A stretch of 48,345 nt of DNA, from IMG/VR virus record IMGVR_UViG_3300012953_000049, positions 1-48,345 of that record. The stretch is one strand, 5' to 3'. Below, one piece after another: positions 32,661 through 45,000 of the stretch. The stretch comes from a virus. Its lineage: Duplodnaviria > Caudoviricetes. The translations under genes and the position numbers were made by a program. Under the pieces are notes generated by a model. That model had not been told where the DNA came from, did not search any database, and was given only the letters and a program-made list of their open reading frames with translations. The number at the start of each line of letters is the position of its first letter. Position 1 is the stretch's first letter.

Positions 32661-35600
32661 TTATGGTTTTACGGTCCAGTATGCCGCTCTAGCTCCTCTA
32701 AAAGTTACCTTACCGTTGAAGTGATGGTCGGGCCTTCCCGAGTATCCTTGAAATGCCCTACTGACGCCTTTTGACCTTTCTTCGTCTGCCCAGGCGGGAC
32801 CGTACGGAGGACTGACTGGGTGTCCCACGAAAGAAGGTCCTCTAGTTACCAATCTTTCAAACGGACCACTAGATAAGTTATTATAGACGTGCTCCTCGCC
32901 CGCATATGTCGTACCTCCGCCCATTATTTGGGAAGAGGTTGCTGTCTCCAAATACTCTCTCACTTCCTCTGGAGAACCATAAAATTCTGTGTTCAGTCTT
33001 CTGAATAATGCTGAAGGATTTTCCATAAAATACGGAGCGTGTTGGCAGTTAGAGTATTCCTGAAACCAATACCCGTCTATATTGGGGGGAGCGCCGTCGT
33101 ACCCTGTGGTCTTGGCGATCTGCTGATCGAATCTTGTGTAAACTCGAGGACCAGTTATCCAAAAACGTACGGCTAAGAAGTAATCGAATTGTCCGGCATC
33201 TTGCTTCAGCTTATAGTGTAGGTCTCCATTTTCTTCCGAAGAAAATGAGAACGTTCCCTTTAAGTGTAATTCGGGAGGCTGCTGAAGATGGTCTCTATAT
33301 TGAGCTCCGAATCTAGGTTTCTCTCTAGCGGAAAAGACAACCCCTGTGTATCTACCTTCTCCTAAGAAAGTTGCTTCGCATGAATAAGACTGTTGCTGCA
33401 TTACGGAACTCATGGGATCTATGTCACTGAGTTTGTGAACGTGAGAGGCTACCAACTCGCTTACGCCTCCCTGATCCATTCTCACGGTGTTCCAGTCTGC
33501 CTCATAATTGTCCTTAAAAAGTCGAGTTCTTCTAAGCTCTACTATTATTCCTGTTCTATCTTTCCAGTCCTCTATGTTATGGGAAAGAGTCGTTTGAATG
33601 TCGGTCGGAAACTTAGATATAACGCCCTGTCCTGCTTGATTTACAGTAGTCCCGCCAGATGCCCCCCACTGCTTAAAAGGAAGGTCGTGGTGGCAGGCCC
33701 ACTGAGCCTGCATACCCGTAGTGCCTGCGTTCACATAGCTAGGAACTCCTTGGCCATCTTCACTAAGTTCGTAAAAGGATCGAGGATCATAGGCGTTCCC
33801 CGCCGATGGATGCTTGTAAAACTGCCGCTTCAATCCCGTTGTTGCCTGGTACGTTCTATCAAGTTCCGCCCATGCGCCCACTTTTGCAGGGGACAGCTGT
33901 CGCCAAATATGCGGGACCGTAGACACATGCCAAGAAACCTCTTTAAGAATAGCGTCACTTCTCAAATCTATGGGAACTACAAATCCGGTAGTTCCTGGCA
34001 GCACCAGTCTTGTTGTATCTAAATAATAGGCATGTGAAGGCGTCGGGTAACCGATACCATTGTCTGCAGCGATCAGATCTGGAGTTGTATTCTTTATCTC
34101 TGAAAAGCTGCTTCTTGCCAGCCCAAACGAAGTAGTTATAAGTTGTTTGGGTAAGTGATGCCCATGCCAGGGCATTGCCTCCTCCGAATCCGGATCTACA
34201 TAGGCGTGTCCAACGTTTCGGGCAGGATAGTCTTCTGGAATTAGATCCACTAACATTGACTGCTGGTAGAACAATGGATCTGTTGCTAGGGTTCCAGTAA
34301 CGCTAATCCCGTCCGCACCTCTTTTGAATACTTTACTCTCTTGGACTTCCGGCATAATCCACGGGGACTCTGGATCTATGACGCCCGTCTCAGTGGGTAC
34401 CACGTAGTCTCGGGCCCAAAAATCTCCTATAGAGGATGCGGGAGAGGTTGAAAAAGTTATTTCTAATCCATCTGGAGCGAAAGAGCTGGTATCAGGTAGC
34501 CGAGTCTTTACTACCTTTTTGCCCCATCCTATGTTCCGGGACGCATCATCGCTAAAATTTTCTCCGTTATTGTTTACAAAGCCCCCTTCTCCTCCAGATT
34601 CACTAAACCTAGAAAACCCGTAGACGTCTCTAGATAGAAAAATTTGCTCAAAATTTGGAGAGGTGATGTGCTTATAGCTGCTAGACACTACCTTGAGTGC
34701 GGCTGGAGCGCGCCCCATATATGCCTTCCTGAGGTCCGCAGATCGTAAATAGTACGGCTGCATACAGCCTACAAAGTGACCAGACCAGGTTGACTGAGTG
34801 GTTCCTAGTCTCCAGGTACCACCACCCTGCGATACAGAAAGTACACCTCCCTGGACACTGTCTGTACCGATTGCGTTCCCTTTGGCATAGTCTACCCCAC
34901 TCCACCAGGGGTCTTGGTTAGTATCATTACCGAGTCGAGCGGAGGGCTGTGTATGTCCTGGATACGTCGAGCTACTCCTCATGTATCCGTACTCGTCTCC
35001 GGTAAAAAATTGAGCTTTCGCGGGCCCCAGAGGCACATAAGCAGTTCTATGCTTTCTAAGTTTTATCTCGTGCGCGGTTAGGGTGCCTAAAACCGCAGCT
35101 TCACTAATTACAGTTGGATTGGCTCTTACGTTTACGAGACTAAGCGCGAATATTCGAACGTCCGGCCAAAAAGAGTGTAACGATGAGCCCCATGAGCCAG
35201 TTGTATTGAACCTTCTAAATAATCGGACATGTCGTTTAAGATAGGAAATTGAGTTCCAACTGTTTTTAGTCATCATAGGGAATAGAAGACGTACTCGATA
35301 CTCTATATCGTCCCTATTATTGTCCTTTAGAAACTCTCCCGGCATCTTCGATCTCGGGTCGCTAACTCTAACGTTTCTACCTGCTGAGCATTCTTCATCA
35401 ATCTGAACAAAACCAGTATCTTCGTGTCTACGAGATAATAGTAGCAATCTTTCCTCGATCACTTCTGAGCCGTCTACAGTATCCTTTACAATCTGGTAGG
35501 TAAGTGAGGCCACTCTGCCAGCTACAATGCTGCCGCCGCTGATCCACGGAGGGAGATCTGACGAGTGTATCAGTCCCTGAAGTCTAAAGTCGTATCTTTC

Positions 35601-38600
35601 TGGATCAAAATTTACAGGTAACGAAAGTGAAACACCAACTAAACAAACACCCCGTGGTCCGCCGGTACCGCTTTCTTCGTCGTCCTGATTAATTAGTATT
35701 GCCCCGCCTCTTATCGGCGAATAAACACATTTATGCTCTGAAAAGGATTCATCTTCGTTGGACCACCCGTCCCAGTTGTCATCATCTTCTGTTACAAGGC
35801 TTTGGTGGGTGTAGGTATCTGGGAACCCTTGTATTGGCTCGATGAGAATGTCTTGTCCGGCAAATGTAAACGTTTCTGGTCTTATGTTGACTCTGCTTAG
35901 TAACTTTTTGAAAAGATACCGTGGATAGACTTGGTCAACTATTATGTTATCGTTTTCTCCATTTACGCTTTCTCGATTTCTAGAGTACCAATTATCCGTG
36001 CTTAATACCGGACGCTGTCCTGTAAGAGCGGAAAGCTCGTTTACTATAGGAGGATTTTGGTCTGTAGAGAGAGGGTAATATCCATCACCCTGATTTACCC
36101 ATCTAGACGAAACAAAGGGGTTCGTATCGTCCTCTGTGCGATCCATGAACACAGAGCTGTTTACTGCGGGTTGGACTACGTTTGGATCTGGCCTCCCATC
36201 AGTGCTAAATATTTGAGAATTAGAAGCCTGAACCCAGACGGAAAAATAATTAGACAGCTCAAGGCGCTCTAGGACACTATGTCTGTACTGTGTCACTCCG
36301 CCGAAAGCCGCGCTTTTGGTATCATTTGAGGCAACTTTTATCCCATAAAGGTCTTGCAGCCATATATTCATGTCGTGGAGTCTACGCATAGCCCCATATC
36401 GTATTCGTCCGGACTCTCCCATCGTTATTCTTGGGTAATCGAGATACCCTATATTTTCTTTAAAAGAAAAATATGGATACTTGTAATTCGCCTGATTTAT
36501 CCTGTCTCCGATAGAGTTTTCCGTAGATTGCCACCCACTAAAGTGAGGGACTCCTAGGCTCGCTCCCAACGCATAATAGTAGGCGTCGGCGGTAGAGGAT
36601 CCATCATAGCCCTCTAAACCAAATAGAGGGTAGAGCTTCGAATAACCCATAAATGGTAGCGGGTGACAGTCAAAGCTATCAGTAAAGTAGGTGCCTACTA
36701 TGGAGAATTCCGCCATATCGACCCATCCATAGGCCCATCTAGCTTCTCGTATTCGGATAGAAGTGATCTTTCTATCCCAACTGTCAGTTTCGTCTGCTAG
36801 ATGCGGTACTGCAATCGCTCTAGAAGAGATTTGGGCATTCCCGGCACCTTCGCCGCTGCCTCCCGTACTAATTACTTGTCCGGTGGACGCGTCAAATCTG
36901 GCAGTATGATCGTTTCTAAGGTAGAACTGCCAAAAAAACGCACTCTCCACATAGTCATATTCTAGCTTTACTGACTCTATTCTAAATAGCTTTTTCGTCC
37001 TGGCGTAATCAGGATCAAAAGTATTAAGTACGTCTTGATCACTTCCGTCATACTGAAATTCTAGGACACGTCCTACAAATTTATATATCTCATGTTTAGC
37101 CAGCAGAGGATTTCCTGCGATGCTACTGTCTGCGTTGGCTCTTACAGACATGACTACTTGATGGGGAGAATTTCCCATCCCAGATAGGGTCGGATCTGTA
37201 GGAGAGAACGAATATAAAGGATTCCCGGCTTCGCCATTATTTGCATCAAAAGATAGAAGGTTAATGGAGGCAGATCCAAGCTCTGAATCCGTTCTATCTA
37301 CATTTGCTAAATCGCTAGAAGCGATCTCAACTGCACCATCAAGAGTAAAGTATCTAAGAAGCTTATCGCCGTTTAGAAAGCTTACATCCGCTTCTCCTGA
37401 AAAAACAGGATATACCCCTCTACTCGTCACACTGCTAGTGGAGATAAGAGGAGAAAAGTTTCTCAAGTTAACGGATCCGCTTACCGTAAGTGCTCCCGTA
37501 GTAAACCCTGCCTCTACGGCCAGCGCCTTTTCTTCGTCGGTCCCCTCCATCAAGAGCTTATTTCTATGGTCTTGGATTGCTACTACTGAAGATACGTATT
37601 CATTGGCAACAGAATCGTTTAGAGCGGTATAAAAAGCTCTGGGAAGATCTGCTTGTACGGGTAATTTCTTCTTGGCCCAAAGAGTTAACGAAGCGGGGTT
37701 ACCTATGGACGGCGGATCCAGTACTCCCGCCCTAAATATTGCTGCGGGATCTGAGGAATCTTTTTTATCGTCATATACTTCTATCTGCCCTGCGGCTAAG
37801 ATTTCTCTGAGTCCGGTAAATGTACCGCTAGTGACTCGCATTCCGTAGCCAGAATTTTTTGTGGGCGCTGGTAGCTCAGATGGGTCTGCAAACGAGCGAT
37901 TATCGAATTTATCCTCACTGTTGTATGGAGATACAGAAGCGCTTTCTGCATAGATATCCATACCCGTTGCTGTTTTATCGAGAATATCCTCCGAACGCTT
38001 CTGCGGGGCTCTGGCGATAATTCCGATTCCGCCTGCAGGAGTGTAGACATCAATATCTATTGCCCATCCAATAGCTTGATTGTACGGCCCATTTAAGGCG
38101 TCATCTTGCGCCTTTATTGCATTGGGCTGCTGCCCCGGTACGGGGTTTATTACTTCCTCAGCAGGCCTGGGAGTAGTATATATCGAGGATGAATGGACAT
38201 CATTTGCCTGAATGTAAAAAGCAGAACCATACCCAAGCCAATGTGCCTGTATTGCTCGGGCACGAGGGGAACCTTCTGCAAAAGCAGTTATGCCTACTTC
38301 AGAAGTAGAGTATGAATCGCCATAGATATGTTGCTCGGCTACTGAGCCCGCCGAAAACATTACTTTATACAGACACCCATACTGGGTGGGAAAATCTTCT
38401 ATACTCCCACTTAGTGTGCGCGCAGTTCCTGCATCTAGCGAATCTTGGGCGTAGTAACTATCTTCCAGGGTATTAAAGCGAGCCTGGAACTGCTCGAAGA
38501 CGGTGGATCCTGCGTCAAAATCGCCGTCCTGTGGTCCTCGTGCAGCGAACAGGGGCATGCCCATGACCGGAAGAAAGCCAAAAGGATCTTGGTTAGAGTT

Positions 38601-41222
38601 CCTATCGCTCCTAAGATTTAATGCAGTTACGCTAAATAGGTTATTAATACTATTGAATTTTTTATCTATTAGGTAGAACCCAGCATTAGGTCCATTAAAT
38701 ATTCGAAGAATAGTTTTCCCTATGGTGTTGGGAACGGTCCCCGCGTCTGGATAGTCGGGATCAGCCAAAAAAGTGTCAACATCAGTGGCAAAGATGTTTC
38801 CAGATTTGTAGCTTACTATTTCGTTTTGAAGTGCTGACGATAATATGCACCTAGTGCTTTGCCCACCGGCTCCGGTATCTATCTTTAGAAGAGTAGACTC
38901 TATATAGTTGCCGCTTGTCCCCAACACCCTCTGTATTCTCTCTAGATGTAGATTGCTTGTTCCTACTCCCTTATTTGCAGTAGGAGCATCCAACACCAAG
39001 CCGCCCGCGTTATTGATTTGTCTCTGCTCAAACATGGACTTCAGTGGGTATTTTTGTGCGGAGTGCCCCAAGTATGTATAGCCTATGGCGGCGTTTTCGA
39101 CGTTGCCAGTGACACCAGTTCCCGTCACTACGGAAAGCGCCGCCTTTAGGGGGCTAATGGTTTCTTCTAAAATAAACCCACTACAAGAAAAAGAATACCC
39201 GCCTCCAGGCGCGAAAGAGGCATTATCCGGCACAACTCCGGCGAGATGGGACATTAATGTTAAGTCCGGAGACAGTGATTTTAGGGCTAGTCTATTGGTG
39301 CCGATTACTTCTGTAATTAAGAAAGGCTCGTCCGGACGAATATGTTTAGTATACCCATCGGGACTTCTGTCAACGACCGGTAAACCGGCTCCTTCTGCCG
39401 TAACTCCGGAGACGGTTATCAGTATGACCTTTCCGACATCTAGGTCGCTTACTCGGACGGGAACATCCTGAGGTACCGCTCCGCCCTCTTGAGCTGAGTC
39501 AATTTCTAGGACCGTATAGTATTGTGAGTGGGAAGTTAGCGTTCCTACTACGCTCTTATCTCTCCAAACGCCTGGACGTGTGCCGAATGCGGCCGTATTG
39601 AGAGCGAACTCTAGGGGCCCATTACTTACAGTTAGTTTCGACCCGGATCCAGTCTCAGACCCCACATAATTTAATCGCTGCCCCTGGTACACCCCATCAA
39701 AAGAGGTCTTTCTCCATATTCTCCTTACGGTAAACGCATCTATCTCTTCCGCAGTATTTACGGAAGGAGCGATTAGAAAATTAGCAGGAAGATTTCCCAA
39801 AAGTGTTGAGGTCCCGAATACTAGCCTTATCTTGTTTTCATAAGTCTCGGAAGCTGCGTTCCTTTCTTCGGGCTTTGTAAGGTCTCCAGGAAAACTTCGA
39901 ATAGCAGGATAAAAGCTAAGATGTATTTGATCCTCGGTACTCTCAAACAGTCCGTCTTTACGTACGTCTATTTTTCCTAAATTTGCGGTTCCGTTATTTA
40001 GAAAAGCCACATCAGTATGATGAACGGACTGTATTTCGATTTCAGTCTCAGACAGAACACTTACTACTTTGTAGTCTCCGTTATGATTAATAGGAGAACT
40101 AATAGTAGAGGCGGAGAGAGTCACCAAGTCGTGCGGGCGTACCTTACTAGTAATGAACAGGGCGTCTTCGCATACCAGAACGCACCCGTCCCGTATTTCT
40201 GTTACATTGATGCCATTATAGATCCAACGCTCAACCCCTAGAACCTGTAGTCCGTCTGCTCCGGGATCTGCAGTGTCCGGTACTGGGTTCTGTGGAGCTT
40301 CATTTTCACTGCCCCAGGTCACCCCCCATTGTTCGATTGTCTGAGTAGCTCCTCGGGTCACCAAACCTACTCTTACAGGAAGATGGTCCTCTACTATTGC
40401 TTTCTCTTCTAAATCCATGACCGAAAAGCAATTAGATATTTCAGAAAGAGTAGAGTTTGCCGTCAGGTCTCCAACAAATATATCCGTGCCTAGAAGTAGG
40501 CTATCGTACTCATCTCCAGCTGTTGGACTTAAGTCTACTCCTAAGATGGTCTTTCCATCCTTTATGAGTCTCGGAGAATCAGCATCTAGATCTATTACAA
40601 CCGGAACCGCCACTCTTTTAGTAAGCCTAACTTCCGCAGCATCATCATTTATCCCCAGCTGATGCAGGCTTCTATTGAAGTTAATAGAGGCTCTATCTTC
40701 TCCACGCGCTAAGAAAGTAGCTCCGGCCTTATTCTGTTCGCTGGTAGGGCGCACGGGCGTAGAGGCTAGATCTCCTGACTTTACTGTTGCTCCGGGATGC
40801 GGATGAATATGGAAACCTACTAGAGGCGCTAGATCTATAAAATTAGCAGATCTGCTTTTTAATATTCTTACGAAGGAGGGAGCCCCTGCGACCGGTTCTC
40901 CTGACTGCAGAGTCTGGATACGTAAGCAGCCTTCGTGATCAAACGCAGTGACAAGGGCGGAGACGTCAACATCTTGATTCATAGAATCAACAATGTTGGC
41001 TAATGTAGTTTCTTCGTCAGTACGGATTTGGAAATCTACAACGCCACTTTCAGTTTCTATGGTTATCTCAAAAGTCTCTACTGGGTTCACTAAAGGAGTA
41101 TTCTCAATAGAGTCAAGTTTACCTTCTGAGTTTATGTGTTCGGTTCCCGTGATAAACGGCTGAGAGTGTACGAACACGTCCGTATGGCCGGACATAAATG
41201 CTCTTCTCTTGTATTGACTCAT
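32661..41222 (-). CDS. Giant (~2850 aa) virion structural protein, putative tail fibre/receptor-binding protein
   Basis: Uninterrupted ORF, beta-rich and acidic, with ATG at 41222 in ATGA overlap. It follows a tail-collar-like gene. No enzymatic motif recognised. Confidence 0.6.
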   Translation of the reverse strand: MSQYKRRAFMSGHTDVFVHSQPFITGTEHINSEGKLDSIENTPLVNPVETFEITIETESGVVDFQIRTDEETTLANIVDSMNQDVDVSALVTAFDHEGCLRIQTLQSGEPVAGAPSFVRILKSRSANFIDLAPLVGFHIHPHPGATVKSGDLASTPVRPTSEQNKAGATFLARGEDRASINFNRSLHQLGINDDAAEVRLTKRVAVPVVIDLDADSPRLIKDGKTILGVDLSPTAGDEYDSLLLGTDIFVGDLTANSTLSEISNCFSVMDLEEKAIVEDHLPVRVGLVTRGATQTIEQWGVTWGSENEAPQNPVPDTADPGADGLQVLGVERWIYNGINVTEIRDGCVLVCEDALFITSKVRPHDLVTLSASTISSPINHNGDYKVVSVLSETEIEIQSVHHTDVAFLNNGTANLGKIDVRKDGLFESTEDQIHLSFYPAIRSFPGDLTKPEERNAASETYENKIRLVFGTSTLLGNLPANFLIAPSVNTAEEIDAFTVRRIWRKTSFDGVYQGQRLNYVGSETGSGSKLTVSNGPLEFALNTAAFGTRPGVWRDKSVVGTLTSHSQYYTVLEIDSAQEGGAVPQDVPVRVSDLDVGKVILITVSGVTAEGAGLPVVDRSPDGYTKHIRPDEPFLITEVIGTNRLALKSLSPDLTLMSHLAGVVPDNASFAPGGGYSFSCSGFILEETISPLKAALSVVTGTGVTGNVENAAIGYTYLGHSAQKYPLKSMFEQRQINNAGGLVLDAPTANKGVGTSNLHLERIQRVLGTSGNYIESTLLKIDTGAGGQSTRCILSSALQNEIVSYKSGNIFATDVDTFLADPDYPDAGTVPNTIGKTILRIFNGPNAGFYLIDKKFNSINNLFSVTALNLRSDRNSNQDPFGFLPVMGMPLFAARGPQDGDFDAGSTVFEQFQARFNTLEDSYYAQDSLDAGTARTLSGSIEDFPTQYGCLYKVMFSAGSVAEQHIYGDSYSTSEVGITAFAEGSPRARAIQAHWLGYGSAFYIQANDVHSSSIYTTPRPAEEVINPVPGQQPNAIKAQDDALNGPYNQAIGWAIDIDVYTPAGGIGIIARAPQKRSEDILDKTATGMDIYAESASVSPYNSEDKFDNRSFADPSELPAPTKNSGYGMRVTSGTFTGLREILAAGQIEVYDDKKDSSDPAAIFRAGVLDPPSIGNPASLTLWAKKKLPVQADLPRAFYTALNDSVANEYVSSVVAIQDHRNKLLMEGTDEEKALAVEAGFTTGALTVSGSVNLRNFSPLISTSSVTSRGVYPVFSGEADVSFLNGDKLLRYFTLDGAVEIASSDLANVDRTDSELGSASINLLSFDANNGEAGNPLYSFSPTDPTLSGMGNSPHQVVMSVRANADSSIAGNPLLAKHEIYKFVGRVLEFQYDGSDQDVLNTFDPDYARTKKLFRIESVKLEYDYVESAFFWQFYLRNDHTARFDASTGQVISTGGSGEGAGNAQISSRAIAVPHLADETDSWDRKITSIRIREARWAYGWVDMAEFSIVGTYFTDSFDCHPLPFMGYSKLYPLFGLEGYDGSSTADAYYYALGASLGVPHFSGWQSTENSIGDRINQANYKYPYFSFKENIGYLDYPRITMGESGRIRYGAMRRLHDMNIWLQDLYGIKVASNDTKSAAFGGVTQYRHSVLERLELSNYFSVWVQASNSQIFSTDGRPDPNVVQPAVNSSVFMDRTEDDTNPFVSSRWVNQGDGYYPLSTDQNPPIVNELSALTGQRPVLSTDNWYSRNRESVNGENDNIIVDQVYPRYLFKKLLSRVNIRPETFTFAGQDILIEPIQGFPDTYTHQSLVTEDDDNWDGWSNEDESFSEHKCVYSPIRGGAILINQDDEESGTGGPRGVCLVGVSLSLPVNFDPERYDFRLQGLIHSSDLPPWISGGSIVAGRVASLTYQIVKDTVDGSEVIEERLLLLSRRHEDTGFVQIDEECSAGRNVRVSDPRSKMPGEFLKDNNRDDIEYRVRLLFPMMTKNSWNSISYLKRHVRLFRRFNTTGSWGSSLHSFWPDVRIFALSLVNVRANPTVISEAAVLGTLTAHEIKLRKHRTAYVPLGPAKAQFFTGDEYGYMRSSSTYPGHTQPSARLGNDTNQDPWWSGVDYAKGNAIGTDSVQGGVLSVSQGGGTWRLGTTQSTWSGHFVGCMQPYYLRSADLRKAYMGRAPAALKVVSSSYKHITSPNFEQIFLSRDVYGFSRFSESGGEGGFVNNNGENFSDDASRNIGWGKKVVKTRLPDTSSFAPDGLEITFSTSPASSIGDFWARDYVVPTETGVIDPESPWIMPEVQESKVFKRGADGISVTGTLATDPLFYQQSMLVDLIPEDYPARNVGHAYVDPDSEEAMPWHGHHLPKQLITTSFGLARSSFSEIKNTTPDLIAADNGIGYPTPSHAYYLDTTRLVLPGTTGFVVPIDLRSDAILKEVSWHVSTVPHIWRQLSPAKVGAWAELDRTYQATTGLKRQFYKHPSAGNAYDPRSFYELSEDGQGVPSYVNAGTTGMQAQWACHHDLPFKQWGASGGTTVNQAGQGVISKFPTDIQTTLSHNIEDWKDRTGIIVELRRTRLFKDNYEADWNTVRMDQGGVSELVASHVHKLSDIDPMSSVMQQQSYSCEATFLGEGRYTGVVFSAREKPRFGAQYRDHLQQPPELHLKGTFSFSSEENGDLHYKLKQDAGQFDYFLAVRFWITGPRVYTRFDQQIAKTTGYDGAPPNIDGYWFQEYSNCQHAPYFMENPSALFRRLNTEFYGSPEEVREYLETATSSQIMGGGTTYAGEEHVYNNLSSGPFERLVTRGPSFVGHPVSPPYGPAWADEERSKGVSRAFQGYSGRPDHHFNGKVTFRGARAAYWTVKP

Positions 41223-41836
41223 ATGAAACGTACCTCCCAAACCACCCTAAGCGTGTAATTGCTAGTCTTGGTTATTGGTTCAAACTTTTTGTATGCGACG
41301 GGGGCTCTATCACCCGATGCCTGAAGTCCTGTCAAAGCGGTAAGGTTCCAATCATCGTCGGGGTTTCCGTCTGTGAATAGCCCTGCTTCGGTGATAACTA
41401 CGTCAAACCCCAGGCTAATTTCTCCTAATCCATATTCTCGCCCAAACCTGGCAGACGTTTTGGTTATCGCCGCAGCAGACATTGGAAAAGTAGGAGGAGT
41501 TACAAGGGGAGCTAAAAACTCTCCTGGAGAATAAGGTATTGGGTCTACAAGAGAGCGTATATTAGCTACTTCAGGCTGGGCTCCTGCCCCCAATCCTATG
41601 TATGCCACTCTATCTTGTCTATAGACTTCTCTAGGATTAGCCGCTTTTAGAGCTATTAGCTCTGTTAAGTACTCTCTGCCTGTTAGCGTCCAGATATTGT
41701 TTCCCGACACCGAAGAAACTAATTTTCCTCTCTCTCGAGTCTCTGCACTAAATACCCCTTGTATTGCTGGGGCAGATTTATGCTCTTCAATGACTTCTGG
41801 GCTAAACCAAGAAAATAGCTTACTAAATGGAATCAT
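41219..41836 (-). CDS. Tail-collar/fibre attachment-like protein
   Basis: TLTGREYL...YIGLGAG...ITEAGLF...AYKKFEPITKT...LRVVWEVRF matches the tail-collar fibre N-terminal pattern. Confidence 0.65.
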   Translation of the reverse strand: MIPFSKLFSWFSPEVIEEHKSAPAIQGVFSAETRERGKLVSSVSGNNIWTLTGREYLTELIALKAANPREVYRQDRVAYIGLGAGAQPEVANIRSLVDPIPYSPGEFLAPLVTPPTFPMSAAAITKTSARFGREYGLGEISLGFDVVITEAGLFTDGNPDDDWNLTALTGLQASGDRAPVAYKKFEPITKTSNYTLRVVWEVRFI

Positions 41837-42027
41837 AGAGAAAGTCTCCTTATAATATTCTTAGCATCTTCTAGGCTAACTCCAAAGGCTTTGGCTACCT
41901 TTTTCGGACAGAGCGGAGACCCATCGGAGGACTTAATCCCGCCGGATTTATCGCCCGTTTTTCCACCGACAATTTCGATGCAATCTTTAATTTTTGTAGT
42001 TTCTTTTATAGTTGAATTTTTTTTCAT
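41833..42027 (-). CDS. Small basic hypothetical protein
   Basis: 64 aa with ATGA overlaps on both sides and a C-terminal HTH-like KKVAKAFGVSLEDAKNII. Confidence 0.6.
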   Translation of the reverse strand: MKKNSTIKETTKIKDCIEIVGGKTGDKSGGIKSSDGSPLCPKKVAKAFGVSLEDAKNIIRRLSL

Positions 42028-45000
42028 TTAGGCTCACGCCGAAATATTCTACCAGAAGCCTGGATATTTAGGTCCATAATACTATTAACTGAAAACAATT
42101 TTGGAAAAACATCAACTATTTGTAAAGTATCTTCTTTAAGCTCACCTTCTGGTGTTTTCCACCAAAACTGGAAGAAGTCTCCTGGAAGAACTTCCATATC
42201 TACAAAGTTTGTCTCGGTTACTCCGTCAGAAAGGAGAATATCTCCCTCATAAGAGACCATTACTCCGCCAATCGATCCAACAGGCCTGTCTGCTTCCGGT
42301 AACGGTACCCAATCGCCATTAGCGTCGAAATTATGTCCGAACGCTAAAGTAAAATTAGCTGCCCTAGCATACACATTTATTGAGTAATTTTCTTCTGGAA
42401 TAACTGCCGACGCTTCAGTGGTTGCCTGAACTCCTGGGAATAAGGAAGATACAAAAATTTCATTCTCTTGAGGCACCAAACTATTATCATTAGGGAGGGC
42501 CAAATGTGTTACAGGTGCGTAAACTCCATGGGATACACTTGTAGTACTATCTAGAACTCCATCTCCTGTAGTGTCTTCGGCGATAACTAGCACCTCTATT
42601 AGGAACCCGTTTTTGCGGCTAAGGAACTCAGTGCTTACTAGTCCCTCTGCGTTATCTCCATAAAATACTCCGCTTCGGTGATCTTCAGGCACTGTAAATG
42701 GAGCATCGTTATCTTCTAGTTGAATTAGTCCCGATAACGCTTCTAAATTTTGCGTATCAGATAGCGTTTTATTATTTAGAGAGGACAAAAGAACAAGAGG
42801 GAAAAATATCTCTACTTCTACTTTATCCTCTGCGAAGAGTCTTTCTAGCCGGGTATCGCTGTCAACATCATCTTCGTCTAGGACTGGGCGCACAAGCGAG
42901 AACTCAACTATTCCGTCTGCTTCAAATTCCTGATCAACTACTACGGAATGAAAACCTCCTACAGAGTCATCTCTGATAACTGATGCAATTCTATAAACTT
43001 GTCCATCAATGTGAAGTTCGTCTCCCGACCGCATGTAAACGATGTGATTTTTACTGTCTTCGCGTAGCGTTAGACTAGCCACGCCGGCTAATACGTCGGC
43101 GGTACCAGTAACAATTGGATTACTTAATAGAGACCACCTCTCTATTCTCCAGTTGAGCGCGGCTATTCCCATTCCGCTAAGGTCAATAGGGGTCTTTAGT
43201 GTTAGGTACCTATGTGTGTCTATATAGGTCTGCTGATCAGGACTCCAAATGCCTGGACTATCGATCTCTGCGAACCTGTCGTCAACTATGAGTATATCGT
43301 TTGCCGTCACCCCGCTAGCTATGAACGGCACAGGCTTTTTGGCGTCGGCTGATGCTGCTACGTGCTGTTCCTTAAGGTCAAGTACTTCTATACTAGAAGT
43401 GTCTTCAAGATCAACGAGGGGGATAATCTGCCCCGATGGAGGAACGTAAATTACATGTCCATTTTCTCTCTGAACTATAAATCGTGCTGGATCGTCTTCC
43501 CGCATATCAAGAGGGTCTATGGCTCTGGGAGCGTCTCCTTCGTAAATCTCTAAAGCTAAATCGCCGTTTTCGTAAGTATCGGCAACTCGATATCGTCCTC
43601 TATTTCGGCCGTCTAATATGAATAGAATATCTCCCTGACGAACTAGCCGCCCAAAAGCTCTAATCTTTGTTCCTCCATCAAAATACTTATTTATTGACGA
43701 AAGCTCCCACTCTTCTTCTTCTTGGTACTGAAATTTTTGAACGAATCTAGCACTGTTAACTACCTGCCGCCCGTCCCTAATCTCTCCCAAAATTAGGTCG
43801 CTGCCCGTGAACAATGTTCTACTGCCAAAAGATCCAAGATCAATTGCTCTGTTTCTCAGGTCGTCAAATTTATGAGTAGACTCTCTGCTAAATGCCGGAT
43901 CATCGAAGAACTCAAGTAGGATATCTATAAATAGATCTACTTCTACTATCACTTCGTCTATAAAGGAAATGACGCCTACGATTTTTGGCTTTGTATATAT
44001 GGGACGAATATTCATTAAAAATTCGGCCACCAACGGCATATCTCTAGAGTCCACAGCTCGGAGATCTATTTCTGCCTGCCAAGTGTGAAATTTTTGGAGA
44101 GCCTCCTTACCGTAGTAAGGAGACAGCCCCCTCAAAGACTCTGGATCACTAATTCTGTCAACTATCTTTACTGAGTTTGTGAGGGTAGTAAACTCGGGGA
44201 GCACATCGCCTTCTTGAAACACCTCCGAAGTGCTAGGATTAATAGCGAGTCCTTCAAAGTCTAAATTTGGGTAAGTAGATGCTGTTTTTCTATACCTGTA
44301 CGTCCTAAATATTCCTGTTCCATTGCCTTCCGCAGAAAGGTCTTCTGTGAGGACTCTACCTAAATTATTAGTGTAATCTTCTCGTATTTCTACTATCTGA
44401 CAGGACGTCTCGGTAACCGGAAGATCTAGTAGGGTGTGCGCTCCAATTTTAGCGGACGAGAGCGTAGGACCCATAGTCCAGCAATACATTAGGGCTTCTA
44501 CAGAAGAACGAAAAGATACCTGCGTTGCGCCGTACTCGTCGAGTGCCTCTTTAGTGACTCCTACCAACACCCCAAAATTGTCCTCTATGTACTTAAAGTT
44601 ATCTATCAGGGTTGTTGGGGCCCATAAGTACTCTGGAGCAGGGTTTTTTGGAGAAAACGCGGAAGAAAAATGTAAGAAATTACCAGTAACCTGCCTGTGA
44701 ATTTTATATTGTATATTTGACTCGGTGTACGGAGGCAGAGACCCGTCCAAGGAGTCTCCGCTTATTCGCATAGTAGTTTCATTTTGTATTCTGGATATTA
44801 TGTATGTTCCAATATTAATTCCAGATGTTATTTCTATTCGATCCCCTACTCGGACATTTTGCGCTACTAAATCGACGTCTCCAAAAATGATCTCTTCGCT
44901 ATTAGCTTCCAAACTAGCCTCGAAGCCCTTTAGAGAAGTTTGATTACCTAGTACGTAATTAACATTCTCCACCATCGAAATGGGGGCTCTATTTAAATCT

